A stretch of DNA of 64,000 nt from Candidatus Nomurabacteria bacterium (GTDB lineage: Bacteria > Patescibacteriota > Minisyncoccia > Phycocordibacterales > UBA5272), in assembly GCA_037130925.1 (NCBI GenBank), contig JBAXSC010000001.1:26896-90895 (forward strand), given 5' to 3'. Shown in pieces: positions 47,904 to 57,990 of this stretch. Made by a program: the position numbers and the translations under genes. Within the stretch, counting starts at the first letter, position 1. Each line of letters begins with the position of its first letter. A model generated the notes under the pieces. It was not told the origin of the DNA. It searched no databases and saw only the letters and a list, made by a program, of their open reading frames with translations.

Positions 47904-48818
47904 ATGAGTATAAATCGACATTTAGCTAGAGGTATTGTTCTTCAAATTCTTTTTGAATTGGATGTTAATGGTAATTTAAACATTCATAAAGAAGAACTTG
48001 AAAAGATGATTCAAAGACAAATAGAAGAATTCGCAGAAGGTTCTGATGATGGATTTATTTTAAATCTTTTAACTATAATTCAAGAAAGAGTTGCTACTCT
48101 TGATGATATTATTTCTCGTGCAGCGCCAGAATGGCCACTTGATAAGATTAATACAATGGATAGAAATATTCTTCGTCTCGGTCTAGCTGAGCTCTTATTT
48201 AACAGTGAGGTTGTTCCACCTAAAGTTGCTATTGATGAGGCTATTGAGCTAGCAAAGAATTACAGTAGTGTAAATTCGCATAAATTCGTAAATGGGGTAC
48301 TCGGATCAATATATAAAGAAATGGGCGAACCTAGAAAAGAAGAATCTAGTCAAAAAAAAAATAATTTAGCGACTTTGAATCTTGCTGGAGGACTTGTCTA
48401 TTCTGTATATGAGGGAAGGGTATTTATAGCTTTCGTAAAAGATATTTTTAAACACTGGACTTTACCAAAAGGTAAATTAATGGAAGACGAAGATATTCGT
48501 GTCGGAGCCGTTAGAAAAATAAAAGAAGAAATTGGATTAAATGCTGTGATTAAAGACAAACTTTCAGAAAATACTTATGTGGCAAATGCATCAGCAAATC
48601 CAAATGAAGAAAAGAAAGAGAAAGTTAAAAAACATGTTTATTATTTCTTAGCTGAAGCAAAACATGAGCCTTTAGTTTTAGAAAAAGAAAATACTGGATT
48701 AACAGAGGCAAAATGGTTTTCACTTGATCAGATAGAAGAATTGAAGACTTATGATGATATAAAGCCGATAATTGCTGCCGGACTCGAAAAGATAAATGAG
48801 AATTATGACAGAAAATAA
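47904..48818 (+). CDS. nusB: NusB antitermination factor fused to a C-terminal Nudix hydrolase domain
   Basis: N-terminal RHLARGIVLQILFELD...AIDEAIELAKNYS...FVNGVLG (NusB). C-terminal GKLMEDEDIRVGAVRKIKEEIGL fits the Nudix box GX5EX7REUXEEXGU with one E-to-K change. Confidence 0.75.
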   Translation: MSINRHLARGIVLQILFELDVNGNLNIHKEELEKMIQRQIEEFAEGSDDGFILNLLTIIQERVATLDDIISRAAPEWPLDKINTMDRNILRLGLAELLFNSEVVPPKVAIDEAIELAKNYSSVNSHKFVNGVLGSIYKEMGEPRKEESSQKKNNLATLNLAGGLVYSVYEGRVFIAFVKDIFKHWTLPKGKLMEDEDIRVGAVRKIKEEIGLNAVIKDKLSENTYVANASANPNEEKKEKVKKHVYYFLAEAKHEPLVLEKENTGLTEAKWFSLDQIEELKTYDDIKPIIAAGLEKINENYDRK

Positions 48819-49554
48819 TATTAAAAAATATACTAAAAAAGACAAAGACTCAAATCAAGAGAAAGATTTTGCTGTGCTTGAAAAGCAGCTTGATCTAAAT
48901 TTTAATAATAAAAATTTATTGATACAAGCTTTTATTCATAGATCATATATCAATGAGAGTGCTGGTGTAAAATTTGGACATAATGAAAGATTGGAATTTT
49001 TAGGAGATGCTGTACTGGAATTGGTTTCTACAAATTATCTCTATCATAAATTTCAAGATTTAGCGGAAGGTGAATTGACTGCTTATCGTGCTGCACTTGT
49101 GAATACGAAATCTATCAGTGGTATCGCGAGAGATCTTGGTTTTAATGATTATTTATTTTTATCAAAAGGTGAAAGTAAAGATTTTGGAAAAGCGAGACTT
49201 TCTATTTTGGCTGATACTTATGAATCATTTATAGGTGCAATATTTTTAGATAAAGGATATGATTTTGCAAAAGATTTTATAGAAAAGACTTTGCTTATTC
49301 ATACTGATAAAGTTATAGAAGAAGGAAAATATAAAGATGCGAAATCTATTGTTCAAGAAAAGGCTCAAGATATATTATCTGTCACACCGAGCTATCGTGT
49401 AGTCTCAGAATCGGGTCCAGATCATGATAAAAAATTCATAATAGCAATATATTTTGGTGAAGAAAAAAATGCAGAAGGTGAAGGAAGAAGTAAGCAGGAG
49501 GCAGAGACTGATGCTGCAAAGAATGCTTTGATAAAAAAAGAGTGGGATAAGTAA
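48796..49554 (+). CDS. rnc: Ribonuclease III
   Basis: ERLEFLGDAVLELV signature and a C-terminal dsRBD. Overlaps the nusB-nudix stop by 14-23 nt. Confidence 0.9.
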   Translation: MRIMTENNIKKYTKKDKDSNQEKDFAVLEKQLDLNFNNKNLLIQAFIHRSYINESAGVKFGHNERLEFLGDAVLELVSTNYLYHKFQDLAEGELTAYRAALVNTKSISGIARDLGFNDYLFLSKGESKDFGKARLSILADTYESFIGAIFLDKGYDFAKDFIEKTLLIHTDKVIEEGKYKDAKSIVQEKAQDILSVTPSYRVVSESGPDHDKKFIIAIYFGEEKNAEGEGRSKQEAETDAAKNALIKKEWDK

Positions 49555-49614
49555 AACAAAAAGACTGCATGAATTTTATTTCATACAGTCTTGTTTTTAG
49601 AAAAATACTAAATT

Positions 49615-50046
49615 TTAGCAAAATTCTGGAAAGTTTAATTCTAATTCTTTGATATATTTTTTCCATTTAGAAACATTTTTATTAGATTTTTGTTCTTTTA
49701 GTAGGCATGATTTTCTAAATTCAAAAATTTCTTTTGCTAAATTTTTACCAAAATATTGTTTGGTTTGATTTACAAAATTTACAGATTCATCTTCAAACCA
49801 AATAGTTAGTTTTAAATCTTCAAATGTTATTTTGTATTTAATAAAATCTGATAAATTTTTAAAAAAAGATAAATCTCTATAAGCATTATTATTTAACATT
49901 TTTCTTATAAAATCTTTTTTTAATTCAAAACTTCTTTTACTTACTAAAAATTTTGCAAAATTTTTTCCAAATCTTTCTAATATATTTGTTTCGTTTTTAA
50001 AATAATCAAAGAGTTCTTCGATTTTTTGATCTCTGTTTTTTCTCAT
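49615..50046 (-). CDS. Hypothetical protein
   Basis: ORF with a TTGACC - 17 nt - TATACT promoter upstream. No domain recognised. Confidence 0.45.
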   Translation of the reverse strand: MRKNRDQKIEELFDYFKNETNILERFGKNFAKFLVSKRSFELKKDFIRKMLNNNAYRDLSFFKNLSDFIKYKITFEDLKLTIWFEDESVNFVNQTKQYFGKNLAKEIFEFRKSCLLKEQKSNKNVSKWKKYIKELELNFPEFC

Positions 50047-50219
50047 CTTGAATGTTTTTATTGTGAACGATAAAATTAAAAGCTATATATAGTATATAAT
50101 ATTTACAAATATTGGTCAAGTTAATATTTTAGAATAAAAATATATTATGTAAAGATTGATTAATTACTATATAACTATATATAATTAAAACATTATAAAA
50201 ACTGAATATAAATAAAAAT

Positions 50220-51257
50220 ATGACATTAGGATCAGCTCCAAAATTTAACAGAGACGAAATGAAAAGTGATATAAAAGATATTTCTAAAAAATATGGTAAA
50301 GATGCAGCAAAAGGAGCTTTTAATCATGTAAAAGATACTGAAGGATTTAAGGAATCAGAAAATCAAAGAATTGAAGATAGGGATAATAAAGATAAGGCTT
50401 ATCTAGATAAACTTGCAGAAGAAGAAGATAGAAAAAGAGCAGAAAGAATGGCTGAGCTTTCTGCTAGATATGATTTAAAACCAAAAGAAGAAACTGTAAA
50501 AGACTCTCCTAAAAATGAAGAAAATGTTAAAACTGAAAGCAATGAAATTCCAGTAGTCGAATCTAACAATTCTCAAGAAGAGAAAAAAGGTGATGAAAAT
50601 TTGAATGATCCATCAAAAAATAATGAAAATTCGGAATTGGAAAAGCAACAAAAAATAGAATTATTAAAAGAAGAAATAGCTAAACAATATCAAGAACTGA
50701 AAGATATAGAACAAAGAAAAGCGGAACACGAAAATGAGTTAAATAAAATTAAAGAAGACAAAGGTTATTTTAAAAAAGAATCTTTATTATCAGATAACAG
50801 TAAGTTTTATGGAGAAAGAATAAAAAAGGAATTATTTGCAAATAAACAGTCTGGTATTAATTATCTTAATAAATTAGCAGAAGTTTCTATTAATGAGCCT
50901 GAAAGATATAAGCAAGATTTACAGAATGTAATAAATGATTTTGATAATAAAAAAGCAGATTTTGAATCTGGCCGTGATACACTAGGCACAGGAGTGTGGA
51001 ATTTACTTAATAAATATGCTGATAAATTAAATAACTCTACTATTGGTGACTTAGTTAATTCTGATAGCTTTAACAAAAAGCAGAGAGTTGATTTGCAAGA
51101 AAATATAGAAAAAGATACTGATTTATCAGAAGCAACAAATCGTCACAAACTTTATAATGAATTAAATAATCCAACTTTAAAGGAAATTGAAATTAAAAAT
51201 AACTTGGCAGAACTTAAAAAACAAGCTAAAGATTTAGGATATAATGATATATTATAA
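50220..51257 (+). CDS. Acidic coiled-coil protein with an MTLGSAPK N-terminus
   Basis: Glu/Lys/Asn-rich. Shares the first 7 residues with the protein starting at 51869. Confidence 0.5.
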   Translation: MTLGSAPKFNRDEMKSDIKDISKKYGKDAAKGAFNHVKDTEGFKESENQRIEDRDNKDKAYLDKLAEEEDRKRAERMAELSARYDLKPKEETVKDSPKNEENVKTESNEIPVVESNNSQEEKKGDENLNDPSKNNENSELEKQQKIELLKEEIAKQYQELKDIEQRKAEHENELNKIKEDKGYFKKESLLSDNSKFYGERIKKELFANKQSGINYLNKLAEVSINEPERYKQDLQNVINDFDNKKADFESGRDTLGTGVWNLLNKYADKLNNSTIGDLVNSDSFNKKQRVDLQENIEKDTDLSEATNRHKLYNELNNPTLKEIEIKNNLAELKKQAKDLGYNDIL

Positions 51258-51342
51258 TTTATTAATCACTTCTTAAATTCTAAATAAAAAATAAAACTCC
51301 ATTTTACTGGAGTTTTATTTTTTTATTTAGAATTTAGACAAA

Positions 51343-51627
51343 TTAGAAATTTCTTCTTGGTCTCTCTTCTCTCTTTTCCATAGGACGAGCTAGGTTTACA
51401 GTAAGATTTCTTCCCATAAATTCTTTCTCGTTGAACATTGAGATAGCTTTGTTTGCTCCTTCAGCTGTTGCCATTTCTACGAAACCGAATCCTTTTGAAC
51501 GGTGAGTCATTTTATCCATGATGATCATAGCATCTTTGACTTCTCCTGCTTCGCTAAATAGTTTTTTTAAATCCTCAGCTGTTGATGAGTAAGGAATACC
51601 ACCAACGTATAATTTATTTTCTTGCAT
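51343..51627 (-). CDS. RRM-type RNA-binding protein
   Basis: RNP2 LYVGGI and RNP1 KGFGFVEM motifs. Confidence 0.85.
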   Translation of the reverse strand: MQENKLYVGGIPYSSTAEDLKKLFSEAGEVKDAMIIMDKMTHRSKGFGFVEMATAEGANKAISMFNEKEFMGRNLTVNLARPMEKREERPRRNF

Positions 51628-51868
51628 TTATTTTACTTCTAAATAATATTTATTTTCATTTAGAATTATAATTAATTTATAATTCGTAAGCACAACTTTT
51701 TCCCAAGCACACAATTTTGATTGATACAAGTGAGAGCGACTTACTTATACATATACTAACACACATTCAGGCTTTCACCTAGTCTTGTCAATCGGACATT
51801 TTTAGCCAAAAAGTGGATAACTTTTGCCATTTTTCTGGTGTATAATTAAAATATTAATATTTAAAATT

Positions 51869-53935
51869 ATGACACTAGGTTCAACGCCAAGAAATGGACA
51901 TTTAAATGTGGGAGCGAAATTGATTGATCCAAATAAGCTTTTAGATGGTGACCCGTCAAGAGGAATAAAGTCAGCCCCTAAAGTATTTGACGCAGCAGAT
52001 TTTGATGATAGATTTCTTGTAAATCCTCCTGTTAAAGAAGGGGTGAATGTATTAAAAGATTTTGATCTTCTTAGTGAAGAAATAAGTCAGACATTTTCTA
52101 GTAATGGAGATGTTTCTAGTGCTGTGTCTAGATTAGATAGTATGGCTGCATCTTTTGGTGATATAAAAGATCCTGCTAAAAAAGCTTTTTTAGAAAAAGA
52201 ATATTCTAGTATAAAAAGAGAAGTTAATAATTATCTTAATCCTAAAAATACGGAAAAACCTGCAAATTCAGGTATTCATGTTGAATATCCTCAAGAAGAT
52301 AATAGTGTAATCATTGAGAATAATGGAATTGATACAGAAAAACCAGTTGAGGAAATAAATTCTGATAATGTAGAAATTTATACAAATCAAGAAAATGATG
52401 TAGAAAATAATAATGAAGGAATTAAAGCAGAAGAATCTGATGAAGAGATAGGAGAACAAAGAATAAAGGAATTTAATGAAAGAAAAAAGCAAACAGGTTT
52501 TATGGGTAAAATTTATAATACTGCTTTTAAGCAACAAAATGCTGCAGCTTTAGATGCACTTGGAAAAACAATGAGTGATATGGAAAAGTTTAATAAATTA
52601 AATGGAAATAATGCTAAAGATTTAGAAAATCAAAATGAAGAAACTATTGTAGTTAATTCTGTAGAAGTTGTAACTCCAACTAATGTTGAAGGCTCAGCAG
52701 TAGTAGAAAATAATGTAATAGATTCGATTAATGGAGTTGAAATAGTAACGCCGGTAGAGGAAATAGTAACGCCAACAACAGGAGTAATAAATCAAGAAAA
52801 TAGTGTTGTGATTTTAGAAAATACGATTACAGGAAATGAAAATGGGGCTAGTGTTCTTGAACAAATACCGAATCTACCAATAGATCCTAAAGCTATTATT
52901 GATAAGTCACCATTTGGGGTAAGAAAATATAAAAATGGAGATTTTGTATCAGAAAAACCAATACAAAGTAAAACTCAAGAAAATGAAGGTATGTCTGATG
53001 TTGATAGGAATACGGGAAGCTATATATCAGAAGAAGACTTTGTTAATGATCATGTGGCAGATTATGAAAAACCAAAACCAAGAACAAGAACACGAAGAGA
53101 CAATGGACAAGTTTTTGAAAATGTTAATACAGGATCAAGAATTGTTTCAGATAATGAAAATGTTAGAGTGGAGACAGTAAATAATCGAAGAAGACAAGAA
53201 AGTAGAATAACAGAAGAAACTTTAGAAGAAGTTAAAGATAATTTGAATTTATCAGAAGAAGAAAAGGATATTATTCTAGAAAATTTAGGTATACCAGAAA
53301 AAGATAGAGATAATTATACAGATTCTATAGAAGAATATTTAATGAAAATGACAGAAGGAGATAGAGAATTTGCTTTAAAACAAATTCCTGAGGATAGAAA
53401 ACTTGATATATTAGATACTCTGTCAGAAGAAGATGGTATATCTTTAGATATTTTAAAAGGAGATCCGAAAGATGTAAATATAGAAGATGTAATCAAAAAA
53501 GCTAGATTAACAAGTAGAAGAGGTGAAACCAGACCAAAAAAGAAAGAAGGATTTTGGGGTGGTGTAGAAAATTTCTTTGATAAAATAAGATCTAATTCTA
53601 GAGAGTCTTTATTGAGAAGAGAAGCAAGACTTGAAAGTCCTGCATTGAAAAGAAAACTAGAAGAGATGAATAATGATGTAGAAAGTAAAATTGGTAAATT
53701 GGGTAATAAGTCATTAAATTTTCTTTGGGATGTAACTCTTGGCAATACTTTTAGAGCTATAGGTGATGGTATAAAGTCAAAGAAAGATTGGGCTGGCTCC
53801 ATCGGTGAAGCGGTAGGATCCTTGATTGGAAGATATCTTAGTAATGTTGGGGATATTTTTGAAGTCGTTTTTGGTTTAGTTGGAGTTTTGGGTAAAAAAT
53901 CTTGGAGAGGTGTTAGAAAATTAGTAGCAAAATAA
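51869..53935 (+). CDS. Large acidic low-complexity protein with an MTLGSTPR N-terminus and a Gly-zipper hydrophobic C-terminus
   Basis: The ATG at 51869 is preferred because it aligns with the paralogous N-terminus. The C-terminal ~60 aa are AGSIGEAVGSLIGRYL...VVFGLVGVLG. Confidence 0.5.
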   Translation: MTLGSTPRNGHLNVGAKLIDPNKLLDGDPSRGIKSAPKVFDAADFDDRFLVNPPVKEGVNVLKDFDLLSEEISQTFSSNGDVSSAVSRLDSMAASFGDIKDPAKKAFLEKEYSSIKREVNNYLNPKNTEKPANSGIHVEYPQEDNSVIIENNGIDTEKPVEEINSDNVEIYTNQENDVENNNEGIKAEESDEEIGEQRIKEFNERKKQTGFMGKIYNTAFKQQNAAALDALGKTMSDMEKFNKLNGNNAKDLENQNEETIVVNSVEVVTPTNVEGSAVVENNVIDSINGVEIVTPVEEIVTPTTGVINQENSVVILENTITGNENGASVLEQIPNLPIDPKAIIDKSPFGVRKYKNGDFVSEKPIQSKTQENEGMSDVDRNTGSYISEEDFVNDHVADYEKPKPRTRTRRDNGQVFENVNTGSRIVSDNENVRVETVNNRRRQESRITEETLEEVKDNLNLSEEEKDIILENLGIPEKDRDNYTDSIEEYLMKMTEGDREFALKQIPEDRKLDILDTLSEEDGISLDILKGDPKDVNIEDVIKKARLTSRRGETRPKKKEGFWGGVENFFDKIRSNSRESLLRREARLESPALKRKLEEMNNDVESKIGKLGNKSLNFLWDVTLGNTFRAIGDGIKSKKDWAGSIGEAVGSLIGRYLSNVGDIFEVVFGLVGVLGKKSWRGVRKLVAK

Positions 53936-53945
53936 TTATAAAAAT

Positions 53946-54236
53946 ATGCCACAAGAAAATAATAATATAGAACAACAGATAATAGATATCTTTAATAAAA
54001 ATGAACCAATGCTTTTATCTTCTGCAAAAGAGGTGGGTAAAATTAAAGAAAAAGTTCTGGCTGATTTTAAGAAAGCTCAAATAGATATAAAAGAAGCTTT
54101 AGTAAAAGATGAGACTATAGACGAAGAAGATCTAGAAGACATCTATATAAAGTCTTTAGAAGAAGTTAAAAAACAAATCGAATATAACGCAAAGTTAGAA
54201 TTCAGTGCTTTAATAGAAAAATATTCTAAAAATTAA
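53946..54236 (+). CDS. Small acidic helical protein
   Basis: Starts 10 nt after the preceding stop. Confidence 0.45.
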   Translation: MPQENNNIEQQIIDIFNKNEPMLLSSAKEVGKIKEKVLADFKKAQIDIKEALVKDETIDEEDLEDIYIKSLEEVKKQIEYNAKLEFSALIEKYSKN

Positions 54237-54246
54237 ATTATATCAA

Positions 54247-55815
54247 TTATATTTTAGACAAATCCAAAGTGTGATTTACTCCGATTTTTCTAACGAAATC
54301 ATTCACATGTGAGACAATAATAACTACACCCTCGTAGTTTTTTATTGCTTCTGCTATTACTGGGATATGTCTGAAATTAATATGATTTGTTGGCTCGTCT
54401 AAGATTAATATTCCAGGCTCTAGTAAAGTTAAATAGGCGAACATTAAAAGTCCTTTTTGTCCTTCAGAAAGGTGTCCGATCTTTGTAGATAGTTCTTTTC
54501 CTCCTAATAAGAATCCTGCAGCTGTTGATCTTAATTGATGATCATCTAATCTTTTAAAGACTTTTGATAATTCTTCGTAAGAACTTTTATTAAAGTCTAA
54601 TGTAGTAAAATCTTGTCTGTAATATCCGATATTGATTCCTTCTTTTATTTTTGTACCAATAGCTCTTTTATTTGCAATTCTTTCAAGTAATGTAGTTTTT
54701 CCTACACCATTTGGTCCAACTATTTGAAGTTTATCTCCTTTTCTTAATTCTATCTTTTTGATTTTTACATCTTTTGATTCTCCGTGTTCTAGAATATTTA
54801 CTTCATCCATTTCTAAAACTAGTCCACCCATATTATCTTTTTCATCTTCATGTATTTTGATATCAAAAGAGCGGATAGTTTTATCTTCTTTTCTTTCCAT
54901 AGTCATATCATCTTCCATTTCTTCATATTCATCTTTCAATTTCGCGGCAAGTTTACGCATTTTTCCTCCTTTGTGTGCAAAGAAGTTTACTTTATCTTTA
55001 TTTTCTTGAATTTTTTTTTCTTTTTGAGCGATTTCTCTTTTTTCTCTTTCGATTTGTTTTTTGATTTCCTCAACAGCTTTAAAATAATTTCCTACGTATT
55101 GTTCGAGTTTATTATTTTGAGTATTGATATATAAAATTCCATGTGTAAAAGAGTTTAGGAAATTTTCATCATGGGAAATAACAATTACAGTGCCTGTGTA
55201 AGTCTTCATGAATTCAGTTAAAAGTTTAACAGCTTCTTTATCAAGATTATTTGTCGGCTCATCTAAAAGTAAAATATCTGGATTTGCAATCAAAGCTTGT
55301 GCGATTAAAAGCTTTCCTTTTTGACCGCCAGAAAGTTCTTTGATTTTTTTATCAAGTAAAAGCATTGCTTCATCTTTTTTGGTTTTAATATCTTTTGTTT
55401 TATGAATAGGGTGTAAATTAATAACAGCAAATACTTCTTCTGCTTTTCTATCTATATCATAAATCTTTTCTTCAAAAGCTTCTTCTAAAAATTCTCTTAC
55501 AGTTTTTTCCCATTTATCATGCGGTATGAATTGTTTAGCAAGACAGATTTTTAAATTGTTACCAATGATTACACGTCCTTCTATAGGTGCTTGCTCTCCT
55601 GTGATTATTGAGAAAAGGGTAGACTTTCCAGCTCCATTTGGACCCATTAATGTCATTTTTTGCCCTCTGCGAATGTTTGAAGTAGCCTCTTTTAAAATAG
55701 GCTTATTTTCATTGTAATAAAATGTTAAATCTTGAAATGATAAAACACTCTCACCCCAAGTTGCTGCGATATTTTTTTCTGTATCTGCATTTGAATAGAT
55801 ATTTTCTTTTGCCAT
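54247..55815 (-). CDS. ABC-F family ATPase (no TM domain)
   Basis: Two ABC cassettes (GPNGAGKST, GPNGVGKTT; LSGGQKGKLL, LSEGQKGLLM) joined by a charged linker. Confidence 0.85.
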   Translation of the reverse strand: MAKENIYSNADTEKNIAATWGESVLSFQDLTFYYNENKPILKEATSNIRRGQKMTLMGPNGAGKSTLFSIITGEQAPIEGRVIIGNNLKICLAKQFIPHDKWEKTVREFLEEAFEEKIYDIDRKAEEVFAVINLHPIHKTKDIKTKKDEAMLLLDKKIKELSGGQKGKLLIAQALIANPDILLLDEPTNNLDKEAVKLLTEFMKTYTGTVIVISHDENFLNSFTHGILYINTQNNKLEQYVGNYFKAVEEIKKQIEREKREIAQKEKKIQENKDKVNFFAHKGGKMRKLAAKLKDEYEEMEDDMTMERKEDKTIRSFDIKIHEDEKDNMGGLVLEMDEVNILEHGESKDVKIKKIELRKGDKLQIVGPNGVGKTTLLERIANKRAIGTKIKEGINIGYYRQDFTTLDFNKSSYEELSKVFKRLDDHQLRSTAAGFLLGGKELSTKIGHLSEGQKGLLMFAYLTLLEPGILILDEPTNHINFRHIPVIAEAIKNYEGVVIIVSHVNDFVRKIGVNHTLDLSKI

Positions 55816-55978
55816 AAAAGTATTATAAATTATGAGTTATTTTAACACAAATTTTGAATTTATGCTATAATTCTTTTATAATATAAAAATAAATTTATGA
55901 ATTGGAAATATTTTAAGCTTGTATTGTTATTTTTTGTAATCTCTGTATTATGTCTAGGTATTGTTTACTGGTTTAATT

Positions 55979-56245
55979 ATGCAAAATAAATTTATGACAA
56001 ATTATTTTATTCACTCATCAATTTTAAATTTATTAATTATTTTTACGTCTATTCAATTTATTTTATTAATTTTATGTTTTATTTTTTCTTTTAGAAAAGA
56101 TGAAGGAAAATCTGCAAAAATTGTTTATAAAATATCTTTAGTTTTTTTATTTATTATTATATTTTTTTCTTTTGTTGTACCTAGCAGATGCGCTCCTGGG
56201 GAATGTGATAATTCTCAAGTCAGAGCAGTACAATTACCTCAATAA
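55979..56245 (+). CDS. Small membrane protein
   Basis: Two TM helices. The ATG at 55979 is preferred over the TTG at 55961. Confidence 0.35.
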   Translation: MQNKFMTNYFIHSSILNLLIIFTSIQFILLILCFIFSFRKDEGKSAKIVYKISLVFLFIIIFFSFVVPSRCAPGECDNSQVRAVQLPQ

Positions 56246-56257
56246 TTTATTTATACT

Positions 56258-57145
56258 ATGAAAAATATCATTGTCTTTTATCATGAAAATTGTTTAGATG
56301 GATTTACTGGAGCGTATGTAGCTTGGAAAAAGTTTAAAGAAAAAGCTGAATATATTCCACTTTCTCGCACTTCAGAAGGTGACAATATTTTACAAAATAA
56401 AAAAGTAAAAATAAAAGATTTAACAGATAAAGAAATTTATTTTATTGATTTTTGTCTTGTAGAATCAGAGGTTAAAAAAGTTGTTAAAGTTGCTAAAAAA
56501 GTAATCATTTTAGATCATCATGTAGGTAAAAAAGATTTGGTGCTATCTATGCCTGGATCTGTGTATTCTGATACTGTATCTGGATCTGTTGTGGCTTTTA
56601 ATTATTTCTTTCCAAAAAATAAAGTTCCAGAGCTTTTGAAATATGTCTCAATAGGAGATACTTATTCATTTAGTAAAAACGAAAAACAAGTAAAAGTGGA
56701 AAAAGAGGTTTTGGCTTATTTGAGTACTGTTGATTTTGATTTTAAAAATTTTTTGAAAGTAGAAAAATTTATTGAAGATAAAAAGAATTTTATAGAAATA
56801 AAAAATATTGGAGAAATTTTAAATAAAAATTTTTATAAGATGATAAAAGACCAATCTCAAAATGCAAAGCTTATAGAGTTTGAAGGATATAAAGTTTATG
56901 CTGTGAACTCTTGTAGATTATTTAAAAGCGAATTAGGACATGTTTTGGCTGAAAAAACTAACTTATTTGGAATAGTTTATTATTTTGAAGGAAATGATTT
57001 GAAATTGAGTTTTAGAGGAATCGGAAAAGTTGATTTGGTGGATATTGCTCAAAAGTACGACGGTGGAGGACATTTTAATGCTTCAAGTTTTAAAACAAAT
57101 GATGAGAAATTTATCTCTGAATTTTTAAAGAAGATAACTGGCTAA
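56258..57145 (+). CDS. DHH/DHHA1 family phosphoesterase
   Basis: N-terminal HENCLDG, a DHH motif (ILDHHVG), and a C-terminal GGGH motif (YDGGGHFNAS). Confidence 0.6.
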   Translation: MKNIIVFYHENCLDGFTGAYVAWKKFKEKAEYIPLSRTSEGDNILQNKKVKIKDLTDKEIYFIDFCLVESEVKKVVKVAKKVIILDHHVGKKDLVLSMPGSVYSDTVSGSVVAFNYFFPKNKVPELLKYVSIGDTYSFSKNEKQVKVEKEVLAYLSTVDFDFKNFLKVEKFIEDKKNFIEIKNIGEILNKNFYKMIKDQSQNAKLIEFEGYKVYAVNSCRLFKSELGHVLAEKTNLFGIVYYFEGNDLKLSFRGIGKVDLVDIAQKYDGGGHFNASSFKTNDEKFISEFLKKITG

Positions 57146-57294
57146 AAATGCTGGATTTATAAGGGTTTTTATTATTTTAAATTGAGTGCTTGACTTTTAA
57201 AATTGATTAGTGTATATTTGACACATAATCAGTAATTAAAACTTTGATTATAAATGGTTCTTTTAAATATATTTTTAACTTAAATTTTATAAAC

Positions 57295-57888
57295 ATGAAA
57301 AACAATTTCAAATCAGCTTTTCTTCCGATTGATATCGAAGAAGATTTTTTACCTACAGGATCAATGAAAGTACCTAATGGTGACAAAGTTATACCTATTG
57401 TAAACAAAGTTTTAAATCAAAAAGGAAAACTTTTTGATTTAGCTGTAGCTACAAAAGATTGGCACCCTGAGGATCATTGCAGCTTTATTGTTAATGGAGG
57501 TATCTGGGCAATCCACTGTGTCAGAAACACTAAAGGTGCCGAATTCCCTAAAGTATTATTATCAGAAAAGTTCGACAAAATTATCGAAAAGGGTACAGAC
57601 TCTAAAGTAGATAGTTATAGTGGATTTTTTGATAATGATCACATTTCTCAAACTGGACTGGATAAGTATCTGAAAGAAAACAATGTTAAAAGACTTTTTG
57701 TTGCAGGTCTGGCGACTGATTACTGTGTAAAATTTACAGTGTTAGATGCCTTAACTCTTGGCTATGAAGTTATTGTTATAATTGATGCTTGTGCAGCAGT
57801 AAATGTTCATCCAGAGGATGAAGCTAATGCTATTAGCGAAATGATTGCTCATGGAGCAGTAATTGTAACTTCCGATGAGATTCTTTGA
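57295..57888 (+). CDS. pncA: Nicotinamidase/pyrazinamidase
   Basis: Isochorismatase fold: DIEEDF, KDWHPEDHCSF, GLATDYCV. Ends in TGA. Confidence 0.85.
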   Translation: MKNNFKSAFLPIDIEEDFLPTGSMKVPNGDKVIPIVNKVLNQKGKLFDLAVATKDWHPEDHCSFIVNGGIWAIHCVRNTKGAEFPKVLLSEKFDKIIEKGTDSKVDSYSGFFDNDHISQTGLDKYLKENNVKRLFVAGLATDYCVKFTVLDALTLGYEVIVIIDACAAVNVHPEDEANAISEMIAHGAVIVTSDEIL

Positions 57889-57990
57889 TTTTAAAAGAAG
57901 TTAAATGTAAAGATGAATTTTTATTCATCTTTACTTTATAAAGTACAGAATATTTCTTTATTGTGTATTTTTAAAGTAAAACAAATTATT

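Noticed and set aside
55898-55990. 30-aa hydrophobic mini-ORF (MNWKYFKLVLLFF...) before 55979-56245
   Set aside because: It is too short and lacks independent support. It may be real, but the sequence alone cannot show this.
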